From the human T2T-CHM13v2.0 reference genome, Homo sapiens, in NCBI RefSeq assembly GCF_009914755.1, contig NC_060930.1: a stretch of 64,000 bases of DNA, one strand, 5' to 3'. The translations under genes and the position numbers were made by a program. Each line of letters opens with the position of its first letter. Positions within the stretch are counted from its first letter, which is position 1. Below, piece by piece: positions 42,509 to 54,199 of the stretch. The notes below the pieces were generated by a model. It made no database searches and was not told where the DNA came from. It worked only from the letters and a program-made list of their open reading frames with translations.

Positions 42509-42527
42509 CACCCCCTAGATGGCACTA
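42509..42527 (+). promoter_or_regulatory. Candidate CTCF site
   Basis: CACCCCCTAGATGGCACTA; one mismatch to the CCASYAGRKGGCRS core. Confidence 0.5.
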
Positions 42528-43004
42528 ATACAAAAAAAAAGCATATTATATGAGAAAGAACATCAAGACAAAAAGTGATATATGGCGGGTCTCATATTCA
42601 TGACAGTGTAGCTGCTGAGTTCCCGAAAGCCCAGGCTGATCTGCTTAGTGGGCAAGGTGGGAAACAACCTCCTCTGCCTGTCTGCAGAGAGTACGCATCT
42701 TGACGTCTCATCTAGTATCCAAGGACCAACCCTTAGACAGTATGCTTCATCTTAGGAAATAGACTCTTGGAGATTTATTTGAATTCAAAAATTACTTTTC
42801 TGAGTTGTACATTTAACTAGTTTCCTCTCAGAGTTTTAACCAAGAAATACTTCAGTTTAATCAGAAGACAGCCCAGTGCTTGAGAAAGAAGAATCTGAAA
42901 ATTATCTGATGCTCCCAATGATATTCTAAATATGTGATTCATCTAGGATACAGGATTAATGTTAGAGACAGTAACTTGAAAACACTATTTGATGACACCC
43001 TTTC

Positions 43005-43510
43005 ATTTCTTTATTCAACAGACATGTACCTGTTATGTAACAGGCATTTGCTTTACCCTGGGCATTGATTTTTAAAAAGGATAAGACGCAGTTCCCGCTC
43101 TCAAGGAGCCCAGAGACCAGTGGTGGTGGGAGTGGGGGGTGGTCCAGGGAGTAGACAAGAAAACAGATACTTTGAAATAGAAGCAATAAATTGCTGTGAC
43201 TCAAAAAAAAACAAATTAAAAAACTGTAAGTATTTAAGATCTGAGTAACTATTATGCCTGAGGAAGTCAGAGAAGACCCCAGGGATGAACTGAATTTGAA
43301 CTGAGTGCCAAAGAATTGTTAGTCTTCCAGGAGATGAGGAAATACGTTCCAAGAAGGAACAGCATGTACAACAGCACAGTCATACAAGAACCCGGTTATC
43401 TTAGGAACAATCAAAAAAGAGTCCTAGAAACAATCATGTGAAATGTTTGAGGATTAAAATACTGGCAGGAAATGAAAGTGAAGGGCAGGAAGGGGCAGAT
43501 GTAAGGCCCC
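43005..43510 (-). mobile_element. L2 fragment
   Basis: ttcatttctttattcaacagacatgtacc...ctcaaggagccc...gaggaagtcagagaagacccc...gaacagcatgtaca. Confidence 0.75.
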
Positions 43511-45020
43511 TGACAGTAAACATATGTTGTCTGCCCATTGTTAATTTTTTTGAGGAAGCACTCCCCTACTCCTCCTAGTTGAGGAGGCTGATAACACCCT
43601 GCTTTCAGCTCCAGCTGTGGGCAAGTGAGCCAGGCCTGGCCAATCTGAGTGCTCCATATACACTTAGATCAAATAAAAGGATCACGCATAGACGCATGAC
43701 CCAAACTGGGACAATCAGAATCCCCATCAGGATTATCAGCTGGTCCAGCTTCATGCATGTGACCTGTTAGTTGCAAAGCCCCTGTGCTTAGAAGAGTCTT
43801 GCACTTGGTTCACTGCTCAGCTGATGCCATTTTGAAATTCTCAATAATTTCAGCTTGGATCTTATGTTTTGTAAGTGATGTCCAATGGGACAATAGGGAA
43901 TGCACATGAGCAAAGAAATACACACCTCACTTGCAATATAGCATTTATGACACCCTGTGAGCACAGCAGTCCAGTAGACTCACTTTGCATGGAAGTACCA
44001 CAAGACGTGAAGTGAGTGCAAATAAATATGTTATATTTAAAACTGAATAAATGGTGGTGCTGACAGCCCCAAGAGGGTCATGTCTTCCATTCAAACCAGA
44101 ACTTGCTTCCAATGCAGAAGACAAGCAATGGTGTTTTAAGAAACAACTACAAATAACTTTATCATATCCTTTTCTCACTTGTGTTACTTCTCTTTATTAG
44201 ACAAGCTCACTGAAAATCATGGCATAGCAGAAGAGAGAAAGATAGGGCCACCCATAGTTCCTTTCCCTTTCAGTCCTTCCTTACTCATCAGTAAGCTGAA
44301 GAGCACTGGTAGCTGTAAGTGCATCAGGAAGTGAAACATAAACAGTTAAGTTAGTTTTGCAATCATTTCCACTGTTCTAGTAAGAACAAAATACATATGC
44401 CAAATATAAATTGTGTAACTTCAGTGATTCCATATATGAATTAAAGGCTCTTATATTTGCATTGGAAACTGGCACCACACAATATAAATGGTAAGATTCA
44501 TGTTCATAATTTAAATTTTTAATTTTTCTTTACATAGATATTCAATGGGAAATTTTTTAAACACCATGACAAACTAAAAGAATACAGGAGAAAAGAAAAA
44601 ACTTTCCAGTTTAGTATATTTAGTACACTTTTTTCCTGCTTTTTGAACATGGGACCCCACAACTTATGTTGCTAGCCCTGGCTATCAGGAAAGATCCTTT
44701 ATTTACTTCTACGACCCCGAGTTATAAGAACAATGTGAGCTGGAGCTGCATGTGACTATCTTGCCTGGCCAGATGGATTAAGTTATCTGTAGTAAGAGAA
44801 ATCAAAGCCAGCATGCAAAGAGAAACATAGCTGAGAGAAAAAAAAGAGAGAACTAACGTTGTTGAGTTCCTGAGTGTGGCCAGACCCAAAATTAACTGCA
44901 CACCTGTCCTTCTTTGTTATGTAAGTCAACAATTTCTCCTTTTTTTCTTTTTTTCTTTGAGTTGGCGGAGAGCTCAAATAATTTGAGTTGGATTTCTGTC
45001 ACTTGCAACCAGAGTACTGA
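43511..45020 (+). mobile_element. Old MLT1 (K/L-like) LTR, split by a hAT element
   Basis: gcatgacccaaactgggacaatcagaatcccc (left) and tttgagttggatttctgtcacttgcaacc (right). Confidence 0.7.
43740..44680. mobile_element. Non-autonomous hAT-Tip100 DNA transposon (MER91/MER97-type)
   Basis: Ends ctggtccagcttcatg... and ...ggaccccacaacttatgttgctagccctg resemble MER91 termini; degenerate 8-bp TSD attatcag / gctatcag. Confidence 0.75.
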
Positions 45021-45159
45021 CGGGTAGAGCCTCATATGCTAGGCATATGTGGATTAATAAGGAAGTTTTTAAATTCATACTTCTAGAGGCTGGTGAACAG
45101 AGGCTTCAGAGAGCCAAGAAGAAAAGCAATCTGGATTATTTCTAAAATCATTTTCATAA

Positions 45160-45810
45160 TTTTAAATTATAAAATATTTTTTATTTTAAAATATGTGTAA
45201 AAGATATAAATAATATTTGTGAAATGTAGAAAAGTACCAGTAAAATGAATGTGTATACTTACTATCTGATAGAGTTTGGACGTTTCTCCCCTCCAGATCT
45301 CATACTGAATTTTAATCTCCAACGTTGGAGGTGGGGCCTGGTGGGAGGGATTTGGATCATGGGAACAGATTCCTCATGAATGGCTTGGGCCATCCCCTTG
45401 GTGCAAGTAAAGCTCTCGCTCTGAGTTCACACAAGATCTGGTCATTTAAAGGTGTGCAGCACCTCCCCTCCCACCCTCTCTTGCTCCTGATTTCGCCATG
45501 TGACATAGAAGCTCCCAACGCACCTTCTGCCATAAGTAAAAGCTTCCTGAAGCCTTACCAGAAGCCATGTTTCCTAGACAGCCTGCAGAACCACGAATCA
45601 GTTAAGCCTCTTTTCTTTATAAATTACCCAGTCTCAGGTATTTCTTCATAGCAACCCAAGAACAGCCTAATACACCACCCAACTTTAAAAAATCTACCAG
45701 TGCCTCTGATGTCCCCATAAGACTTCCCCAAATTCTACAACTGCCCACACTCACTCACCTACCCCAAAGTAACCACTATTCTGAACTTTATGATAGTTTT
45801 TCCATATCAT
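45160..45810 (-). mobile_element. L1ME-type 3' end, split by MSTB
   Basis: ccccaaagtaaccactattctgaacttta; flanks the LTR on both sides. Confidence 0.55.
45267..45674 (+). mobile_element. MSTB-like MaLR solo LTR
   Basis: tgatagagtttgga...ggaggtggggcctggtgggag...ataaattacccagtctcaggtatttc...cctaataca. Confidence 0.92.
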
Positions 45811-46304
45811 TTGGTAGCTTTTCCTGGTGGACTGTGGAAGAAGATTTGAAGGGGGCCAGGAGACCAGCTAGGAAACACAGGATAAGTCTGAGTTTGGCTG
45901 ATTATCATTAATAAGTGCTTTGTGTAGCCACCAGAACATGTTTCATTAAATAAAATGTTGGCAACAGGTAAGTTTATAAAATGGCCTTTTCATCACAGTT
46001 TTTTTTTTTTTTTCCAGTGCCTTTGCCTCTTTTTTTAAATCATGGGCAACTATTCAATCAGGGCAAGAATCAAAAGCCTCACCATAACAAGACCCAATAA
46101 CTAGGTCACAGAAATGAGCTTTGAATTAGGGCTAGAGGACCCAGAAGGTAGCGGATTTGCTACCTGCCTCAGCATTACAGCCAGAAGAGAAGTAGAAGAG
46201 TGGGAAACAGGAAGGAAAGAAAAGGGCGAACAATCCATATCTCCTGCTACATTATCTTCTCCCAACATGTGAAAAAGCTAATAAACACACAGTATGGTGA
46301 TTCT

Positions 46305-46925
46305 TTTTTTTTTTTTGCCAAGTTTCTTTATATATATATATTTTATTATTATACTTTAAGTTCTAGGGTACATGTGCACAACGTGCAGGTTTGTTACATA
46401 TATATACATGTGCCATGTTGGTGTGCTGCACCCATTAACTCGTCATTTACATTAGGTATATCTCCTAATGCTATCCCTCCCACCTCCCCCCACCCCACAA
46501 CAGGCCCCAGTGTGTGATGTTCCCCTTCCTGTGTCCATGTGTTCTCATTGTTCAATTCCCACCCATGAGTGAGAACATGCGGTGTTTGGTTTTTTTTCCC
46601 TGTGACAGTTTGCTGAGAATGATGGTTTCCAGCTTCATCCATGTCCCTACAAAGGACATGAACTCATCCTTTTTTATGGCTGCATAGTATTCCATGGTGT
46701 ATATGTGCCACATTTTCTTAATCCAGTCTATCACTGTTGGACATTTGGGTTGGTTCCAAGTCTTTGCTATGTGGAAGACAGGGTGGTGATTCCTCAAGGA
46801 TCTAGAACTAGAAATACCATTTGACCCAGCCTTCCCATTACTGGGTATATGCCCAAAGGAATATAAATCATGCTGATATAAAGACACATGCACACGTATG
46901 TTTATTGTGGCACTACTCACAATAG
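46305..46925 (-). mobile_element. L1PA (about PA4-5), 5'-truncated, with a twin-priming inversion
   Basis: 46305-46770 on minus, 46771-46925 on plus; 17-bp TSD cacagtatggtgattct at 46288-46304 and 46926-46942. Confidence 0.97.
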
Positions 46926-48984
46926 CACAGTATGGTGATTCTCACTCTATCTGTGACTGCCCTTCTCTCCATTAATTCATGTTAAATGGATCACAAGGAT
47001 AAAAATGGGAATATTTAGCCCAAAGGTATTCATGTCTAAATGTAAAACTTTGTGCAGTGTGGCACTTAGTTTGGAAGTAAGTAGTTGAGTTTCCTAGAAT
47101 GTAAGGGGAAACTTCCTTTCACATTCTTACATTGCTGCTGGCTCAGAAGCTAAGAACTTCTGCTCTAACAGAAAGATTACATGGACACTGTGACTACCTG
47201 GATCCTCCTTCTCACAGGAGTAGCAATTTTTCTGTGTTGTGCTGAGAGTCTGACATCCATTGTTCCAGTTTTCTCTGTTGGGTGAATTAGGGGGCTCATG
47301 ATTGTTATCCACAAATGGCCTCTCACTTAGGTTCTCTGAGCACAATGGGTGTAGGTCAGGCCATAGTCCTTCAAGAAGATGGCGAGAGGAATATCACTCT
47401 GCAGGACCAACACATCTCCCACGAGGATCCCACCAATTAAACTTATGGAGAAGGGGAATAGGAAGCCCATTTTGGCCCCATATCAAAGCCACATTCTTCA
47501 GTTTTAGTCATCATAAAATTCCTATGTCTATTTCTGTGTTCTAGTCTCAGTGTCTATTTCCTGTGTCAATAGACACAGAACTCAGAGGAAAGATGGAATG
47601 GACTAACTGGCCCCTCAAAATCCCCAAACCCAACATCCCTTAAACTATGTAATTTAGTTAACTTTTTATGAGACTGCCTTGTAAATCATAAAAAAATCTC
47701 TCTCCTTATGAAGCAAGTTAAATGGTACAGTCTGTAACACCATTCTGAGGGGAAGAAAAAAATAGGTATGTAAACTTGTACTATGAAAGTCAATTTTCTC
47801 CCTAACTTATAAAGTCTTTGATAAAACAATATAATTTTTGACTGTCCTGTTTTTCTATAAACCATAGCCTCCTCGACTACAGACTTAGAATTTGTAGTGC
47901 TCTCCAGACTCCATGTAACAATCTCCAAATACTTAAATCAGCAAAACAAATTTACCCAGGAGGAACCTGGGCGCTGCCAGCATCAATTAAAAATAAGTGA
48001 TGTAAAACAAATTGATGAAGGATAATTTTGATGCAACACCATTTTGGCTATATATAATGCCTTCCATACCAAAAAATAAGCAGACCTGAAAAACAACAAT
48101 AAAAAAATTATCTAAGAAACAAACATTTGTTCCATTCAATAAAAACAAATTGCTTTTCTCTTATCTGAAAGGGGTCAGTCAAATACAAATACTGGCATTG
48201 AGCCACAACATTTGAATACTTCGGCACAAGTGTTTTTAAACCATTCCTTTGCATGATTTAATAAAAACTGTACTACCATTGGAAAAACAATGAAACAGAA
48301 AACTTTGCAACATACAATTGAATGATAATTAAGCTTCATTATAGTACGAATTGTTTATATGGGATTTATTCCTTAATGCCCTTGAGATTATATATTTGAA
48401 AAAGATTGGTTTTAAAATAACATGACTACAAAAGCTAGAAAATTTTCTACTTTAAAATTGTTGTCTCCAAATAAACAAGAAAAATCTGCTTCTAAATAAG
48501 TCATCTGAAATCCTTAGGTACTCAGTACTCTTCAGTACTCAGTTCCTTCCACCTCCACCAACTGCCCCCATGTTTTTCTTTTCATTAGTTCCTATTCTGA
48601 TTGTTCCAACTCTTTTTCATATTGCTCAGACCTCAGTGCTGTCTCCCACCTAACTTGCAGTGATTAGCTCATTTTACTGCCACTAACAGGCTTTCATTTT
48701 CCATTCTCTCCTCCCCAAAATCTCTTTATGTCTTCATACATTCTCTTCTCCTTCCCCAGTTGTGGGTCCTTCCTGTTCCAGACTAACCTTGAGAAGCTTT
48801 TCTTTTATTCCATCTTCCACTCTGCCTATTCCCTGCCATCCTACAAAGGTGATCAGGACTTCTCCTTTCCCTTTCTGACAAACCACCTAACAGCTATTTG
48901 GATCAAGTCCAAGTCCCAAATTCATTTGCCTACCGAGGCCAGGGAGGTCATGCAAGTGAGAGAAGTGAACTGGGTTTAAAGGAT

Positions 48985-49270
48985 AACTTCCGGGCATGGA
49001 GACTGTGTGATGAGTGGGGAGAAAGGATGTCATTCCTAAGGTGGACAACTAATTCCCTCTGGTGCCAAGAGGGTACAAAGTCCTAGTGTTGTCAGATCTC
49101 CCAGTTTTTCAGGAGAAATCAGAAATTATGTTTTACATAAAACCTCCCAATTTGTAAATGTTGATAACTAATTTTTTAAAAATCTTTGAACACTCTGTGG
49201 ACCTCAATCAAAGCACATCTCTGAGGCCCGTGGTCAACCTGTCCGTTGCCGCTGCCTACCCTTGCTACCT
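48985..49270. mobile_element. MER102-like hAT-Charlie element
   Basis: cctagtgttgtcagatctcccagtttttcaggagaaatcagaaat...taaatgttgataactaatt. Confidence 0.7.
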
Positions 49271-49289
49271 CCGTGTCCTCAGAGTCCTA

Positions 49290-50530
49290 CTCCTTACTTG
49301 CTTTGGAGTCCAGCTTCCAATCACACCCCCATACTGAAACCCACTGCAACCCTCTCTGGCTCCTTCTCAGTCCTTACCATCCCCAAATTGCCATAGCATT
49401 TCACATCAGTGACTGACACTCCTAAAAGTCCCCTCTCTTGGTTTCCATGACATGGTGTTTTCCTGTTTGTCTTCTTCCCTTGGAAAATGAACTCCACAGG
49501 GGAAACTTTTCAGAGGACAATGTTGTTTAAGATAAGCATCAACTGTACTTTGCCTGCAAAGGAAGAGATGTGGCAGTGTTTCTGATCCTTGGATGCACAA
49601 TAAAATCATCTGGGAAGGGGGTTGGGTTTTAATTGGTCTGAGCTATATCCCAGCCTCAGGATTTTTTAAAAGCCCCTCGGGTGACTCTTAACATGCAGCA
49701 AAGTTGAGCACCACTGGTGTAGATGGTGGCTAAGTGACTACTCAAAATTGATGAGTTCCACCTAATGCAAATTGCTGCTTTCCAGGTCTGCCAGCCAGGG
49801 CAGCTCCACTGACATATTCAACGGTATTGTTGAGTGCTCTGATGTATCCTTGCCATGGGACTACAGGAAGGCAAGGGAACTGGCCAAGCCAGCACAGGTT
49901 GCTGAACTTCCTCTCTCAGATTGTATCTTGGATCATTTAAATAAACTTTTCCATGAAAGTAAAGTGTTTATTTCGCTGTAGTATAACGTGAAAACTTTCT
50001 ACCACCAAGACTTTTCTTATGGCTTCTAAATGGAAACCTTGCAAATCAGTTTCCTATCTCCCTAACTCTGCATACCCTACGAACTTTACTTCTGTGTGTC
50101 CAACTGCCCTCAATTTTCCATTACTGTATAATAATGTTTTCATTCTCCCACTCATTAAAGTGGGAAATCCTGACACAATCCTTGACTCCTCCCTCTAGTT
50201 TCTCCTTTACAGATAATACTGGGTCTTCGCTCTCACACTCTTTCTGCCATCTGCCTGTGCCTTCCTATGTCCACTACCACCTTCCAACTTAAGACATTGC
50301 TGCTCCATGCCTAGCCCATGGCAGTGGTCCTCAGCAATCTCCCTGCTCCCAGCCTCTTCCTCAATCAGTTCATTGTGCTCTGTGATTGTGTGTCTTCCTT
50401 CTTACAAACCTTTCTTGCACCCTGCAGGAATAGACTTAGAGACCTACAGCCTGAGTCTGCTGAGGTACCTCACTCCATCACCCAGTGTCTCCATTAAAGA
50501 CTCAGGGATGTGCTGAGCTTGTTTTGCAAT
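49290..50530 (+). mobile_element. L2 fragments
   Basis: tagcatttcacatcagtgac...cttggtttccatgaca; cacaatccttgactcctccctc; ccactaccacc. Confidence 0.55.
49574..49716. mobile_element. MER5A-type MITE
   Basis: TIR-like ends cagtgtttct... and ...gttgagcaccactg; aatcatctggg. Confidence 0.75.
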
Positions 50531-50641
50531 AGTTTCTTGCACCTGGTAAGCAGGTGGGGCTAGAGCCAGAGTCTTCTGAACAGTCAGGCAGGTGGCCAGG
50601 AGGCTATAAAATCCCCTGAGAATGCAAGGGTAAGCTTCTAC

Positions 50642-50721
50642 CTCCTGGCCGAATTCTCACCCACAGAAGTAGACACTGCTGCTGTTGAATCTACTTCTGT
50701 GAGTGAGAATTCAGCCAGGAG
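50642..50721. repeat. 32-bp inverted repeat with a 16-nt spacer (hairpin/cruciform)
   Basis: Arms 50642-50673 and 50690-50721 are reverse complements at 30 of 32 positions. Confidence 0.95.
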
Positions 50722-50807
50722 AATCCAAAGTGCTCTTCGTATGAACTTTGGGAGACCCATGCCTCCACCTGGGCAACACACCAAACAGTCTCCAGCTTTC
50801 ATAGCTA

Positions 50808-51113
50808 TCATCGGCCCTCTGTACCCAAGATGCAGAACCTACAGATCCAACCAACCATGGATCAAACATAATAATTTTTTTAAATTAAAAATAATACCCA
50901 TTTTAAACTACAGTATAACATCTATGTACATAGTATTTACATTGTATTAGGTATTATACGTAATTTAGAGATGATTTGAAGTATAGGAGAGAATGTTGGT
51001 AGGTTATATGCAAATACTATGCCATTTTATGCAAGGGACTTGTACAACTGTGGATTTTGGAGTCTGCAGGGGTCCTAGAACCAATCCCCCGTGGATACTG
51101 AGGGAGAACTATA
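50808..51113. mobile_element. Tigger3/MER7-type TcMar element
   Basis: tttacattgtattaggtattatacgtaatttagagatgatttgaagtatagg...gaaccaatcccccgtggatactgaggga. Confidence 0.85.
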
Positions 51114-51346
51114 CTTCCAGATGGATATGTTTGTGGATCCTTTGCCTCTGAAGGACTTTTTATCATCTCGTCACATCTGCTGTCCTCTTTCTATATGGTA
51201 CAACACTCTCCCAAAGTGACGGCCCCATAGATCTGCAGTACCCAACAATTAAGACCCATACTCCTTTGGGTTGGCATTCCAGGCCTTTCCAGTTTGGCTT
51301 CATAAGTCCTTCTGGCCTTGTCTCCCTCTATACCTGTATACCTACC

Positions 51347-51706
51347 TGATATGGTTTGGCTGTGTCCCCACCTAAATTTCATTTTGAATTCTAGCTCCTA
51401 TAATTGCCATGTGTCATGGGAGGGACCTGGTGAGAGGTAACTGAATCATGAGGACAGGTCTTTCTCATGCTGTTCTCATGATAGTGATTAAGTCTCACAA
51501 GATCTAACGGTTTTACAAAGGGAAGTTCCCCTACACAAGCTCTCATGCCTACCACCATGTAAGATGTGCCTTTGCTTCTCCTTTGCCTTCCACCATGTGA
51601 GGCCTCCCCAGCCATGTGGAACTGTGAGTCCATTAAACCTCTTTCCTTTATAAATTGCCCAGTCTCCAGTATGTCTTTATTAGCAGCATGAGAACAGACT
51701 AATACA
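51347..51706 (+). mobile_element. THE1B/C-like solo LTR
   Basis: Complete tgatatggtttggctgtg...gactaataca; TSD ctacc at 51342-51346 and 51707-51711. Confidence 0.95.
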
Positions 51707-51959
51707 CTACCATATGCTCTAATCCTAATGGGCTGCTTGCAACATTTATTAAGACCAAGAAGAATCTGAATCACTGAGATACCCCATCCAAAAAAAAAGA
51801 GTATGGCTTTTCTTATTTTCCACTTATTGAATTATAAAAACACAACATTTCTGAAGCTAGAACTCCAGTATGATGTACAATGTTGGAAGCTTTAAGGAAA
51901 ATTATTCCTGTTGAGTTGAATAAGCCTGCCCATTTCTTACTTTAACATTATGATTATAA

Positions 51960-52110
51960 TTTTACATAACACTTCATAGCACTTGACAAAGTGCTTTGCT
52001 TATATTAGCTCTTTAATCCATACAACAATCCTGTGAACATTTGCAAATTAGGAAATTGACACCCAAGGATATTATTTTGACTTTCCCAAGGTCACACACA
52101 TCATACAGTA
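51960..52110 (-). mobile_element. MIR fragment
   Basis: tttaatccatacaacaatcctgtga...ggaaattgacaccca...cccaaggtcacaca. Confidence 0.7.
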
Positions 52111-52959
52111 AAAACTAAATCTCTTTCAACTCTTTTGCACAAATACAGATGGTTTTCAGTCCCAGATCTTCTGATTTTGAAACCCCATTAACATTTTACT
52201 AACCAGTCATGCTTTATTTACTAATGTAAACCTCCACATTGTTCACCAAAACTCACAATGAAAATTAATAAAATAAACTACCCATCTTTGAGGATTTCAG
52301 TGCAAAAGCTATGCTTCCTTGGTGATATCATTCTCTTTTAGAGCTATAATAAGGGGCATATGCCTCTCTGTAGATCAGTGTTATTATAAACTTGATATAC
52401 CAAGACTATTTGAAGACGGAGAAATGAAAGCTTGTAAAAGGCACTGGAACTGAACAAAAATGATAGTAATGAAAAGGTAGGAAGACAAACAGCATTTCAG
52501 CAATTACAATGTTCTGCACAGAAAGCTGTCCTACATCAAACATTGGCCTCTTTATGTTGTCATGCAAAAATCTAACTGCACTATTTACCTTCTATAATGC
52601 TGAAGAGAGGACCAAAAAAGCCAAGCGTTGTTTCTTTATTATTGTCATTTGCCATGGATTCCAACACTAGAAGGAAGAAGTAGAGATTATAAAGCCATAA
52701 GTATCTGCTCTGTTCTGATATTGGTAAGGATAAAGTGTGTCCAGATGGAATGTGGGGCTCGGTCAGCTGCAGTGAATGAAGGAGGCATAGGTGGAACTCT
52801 CAGGACCCCTCTCATGGCACACTTCTGGGAGGGCTCAAACAGCTCAATTTAAAAGTAGTCAAATTTGAAAACCTTTCACAGAAAATATGTACTCACTTTT
52901 TAAAAGGAACACTTCCCAAGGCTTTCACTCAGCTATAAGAATTTAACCCAAAAAGGAAA

Positions 52960-53011
52960 TACACAGACACAGACACACACACACACACACACACACACAG
53001 ACTCACACACA
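52960..53011. repeat. Interrupted (CA)n microsatellite
   Basis: Read directly. Confidence 0.95.
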
Positions 53012-53184
53012 GAATAACAATAGTTGAGACTGAGAAGAGCAGCAGAGGGGGCTAATAGTCAAAGAAGAGTTGAAAAAGATTTAATTTTTACTGTATTCTT
53101 TTGTACATTCAGGGTTTTTGTCCAATAAATGTGCATTACATATTCAAGAAGTCAATAAATACGAATTGCAGTTTTTTTAACCTA

Positions 53185-53511
53185 TGCTTCAAATATGCAT
53201 ACCCTGTAACCCAGATATTTCTCTTTTAAATGTATGTACAAATAAATGCCAACAAGTTTATATAAGGATATTTGGTGCAGTAATGTCTGTAATACAAAAG
53301 ATTAGATGGGATCTAATTTCTCTCCAATAGGAGAATGGTTCGATAAATTCTAGCACATCCATTCAATGTAAAACTCTGCAACCATGATAAAGAATACTAT
53401 AGCCACAAACAAAATACTCAGCAAAATAAACTGTTTTACAAAAAAATTAGAATATATATACAGTATGTTACCACTTTTTGCAAAATGTGTACGTGCTTAG
53501 ATGGATGGATG

Positions 53512-53545
<34 letters not shown>

Positions 53546-53770
53546 CAGACAGATAGATAGCTATAGATAGATAGGCAGGAAGACAGACAAGAAAATGTAT
53601 ATTTATCTACTTAGAGATATTCCAGAAGACAAAGGAAACTAGTAACAGTGGTTTAGTTGGATTTCTGAGAAACTGGTAATTTTGCGTAAGACAAAAATTT
53701 ACTTTTTATTATATACCCTTTTTAATTTTAGTTTTTTTAATCTTGGTTCATATTAATTTTTTAATTATAG
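53185..53770 (+). mobile_element. L1ME/MC-type 3' region
   Basis: ccaataggagaatggttcgataaattctagcacatccattcaatg...aactagtaacagtggtt. Confidence 0.7.
53499..53590. repeat. Compound (GATG)/(GATA)/(GACA) tetranucleotide STR
   Basis: Read directly. Confidence 0.95.
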
Positions 53771-53783
53771 AAAGATTTTTTTA

Positions 53784-54075
53784 GGCCAGGTATGGTGGCT
53801 TATATATGTAATCTCAACACTTTGGGAGGTTGAGGCAGAAGGATAACTGGAAGCCAGGAGTCTGAGACCAGCCTGGGCAATATAGTGAGACCCCATCTCC
53901 ACAATAAAGTAAAATAAAAATTAGTCAGGCATGGTGGCACATGTCTGTGGCCCCAACTACTTGGAAGGCTGAAACAAGAGCATGCTTGAGCCCAGGCATT
54001 TGAAGTTACAGTGAGCTATGATTGCACCACTGCACTCCAGCCTTGGCAACAGAGCAAAACCTTGTCTCTAAAAAT
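53784..54075 (+). mobile_element. AluJ (Jr/Jo-like)
   Basis: gcttgagcccagg...cagtgagctatgattgcaccactgc. Confidence 0.95.
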
Positions 54076-54199
54076 TTTTTTTAATTTAATATTTTTTTTA
54101 AATCAGTGTCTCATCACAGTGATAAAGAAAACTCACATCAGCTACCTATACTGATCAGCTTTGCTCTTTATCCATAAATCTGAACGATCAAGCATTAAT

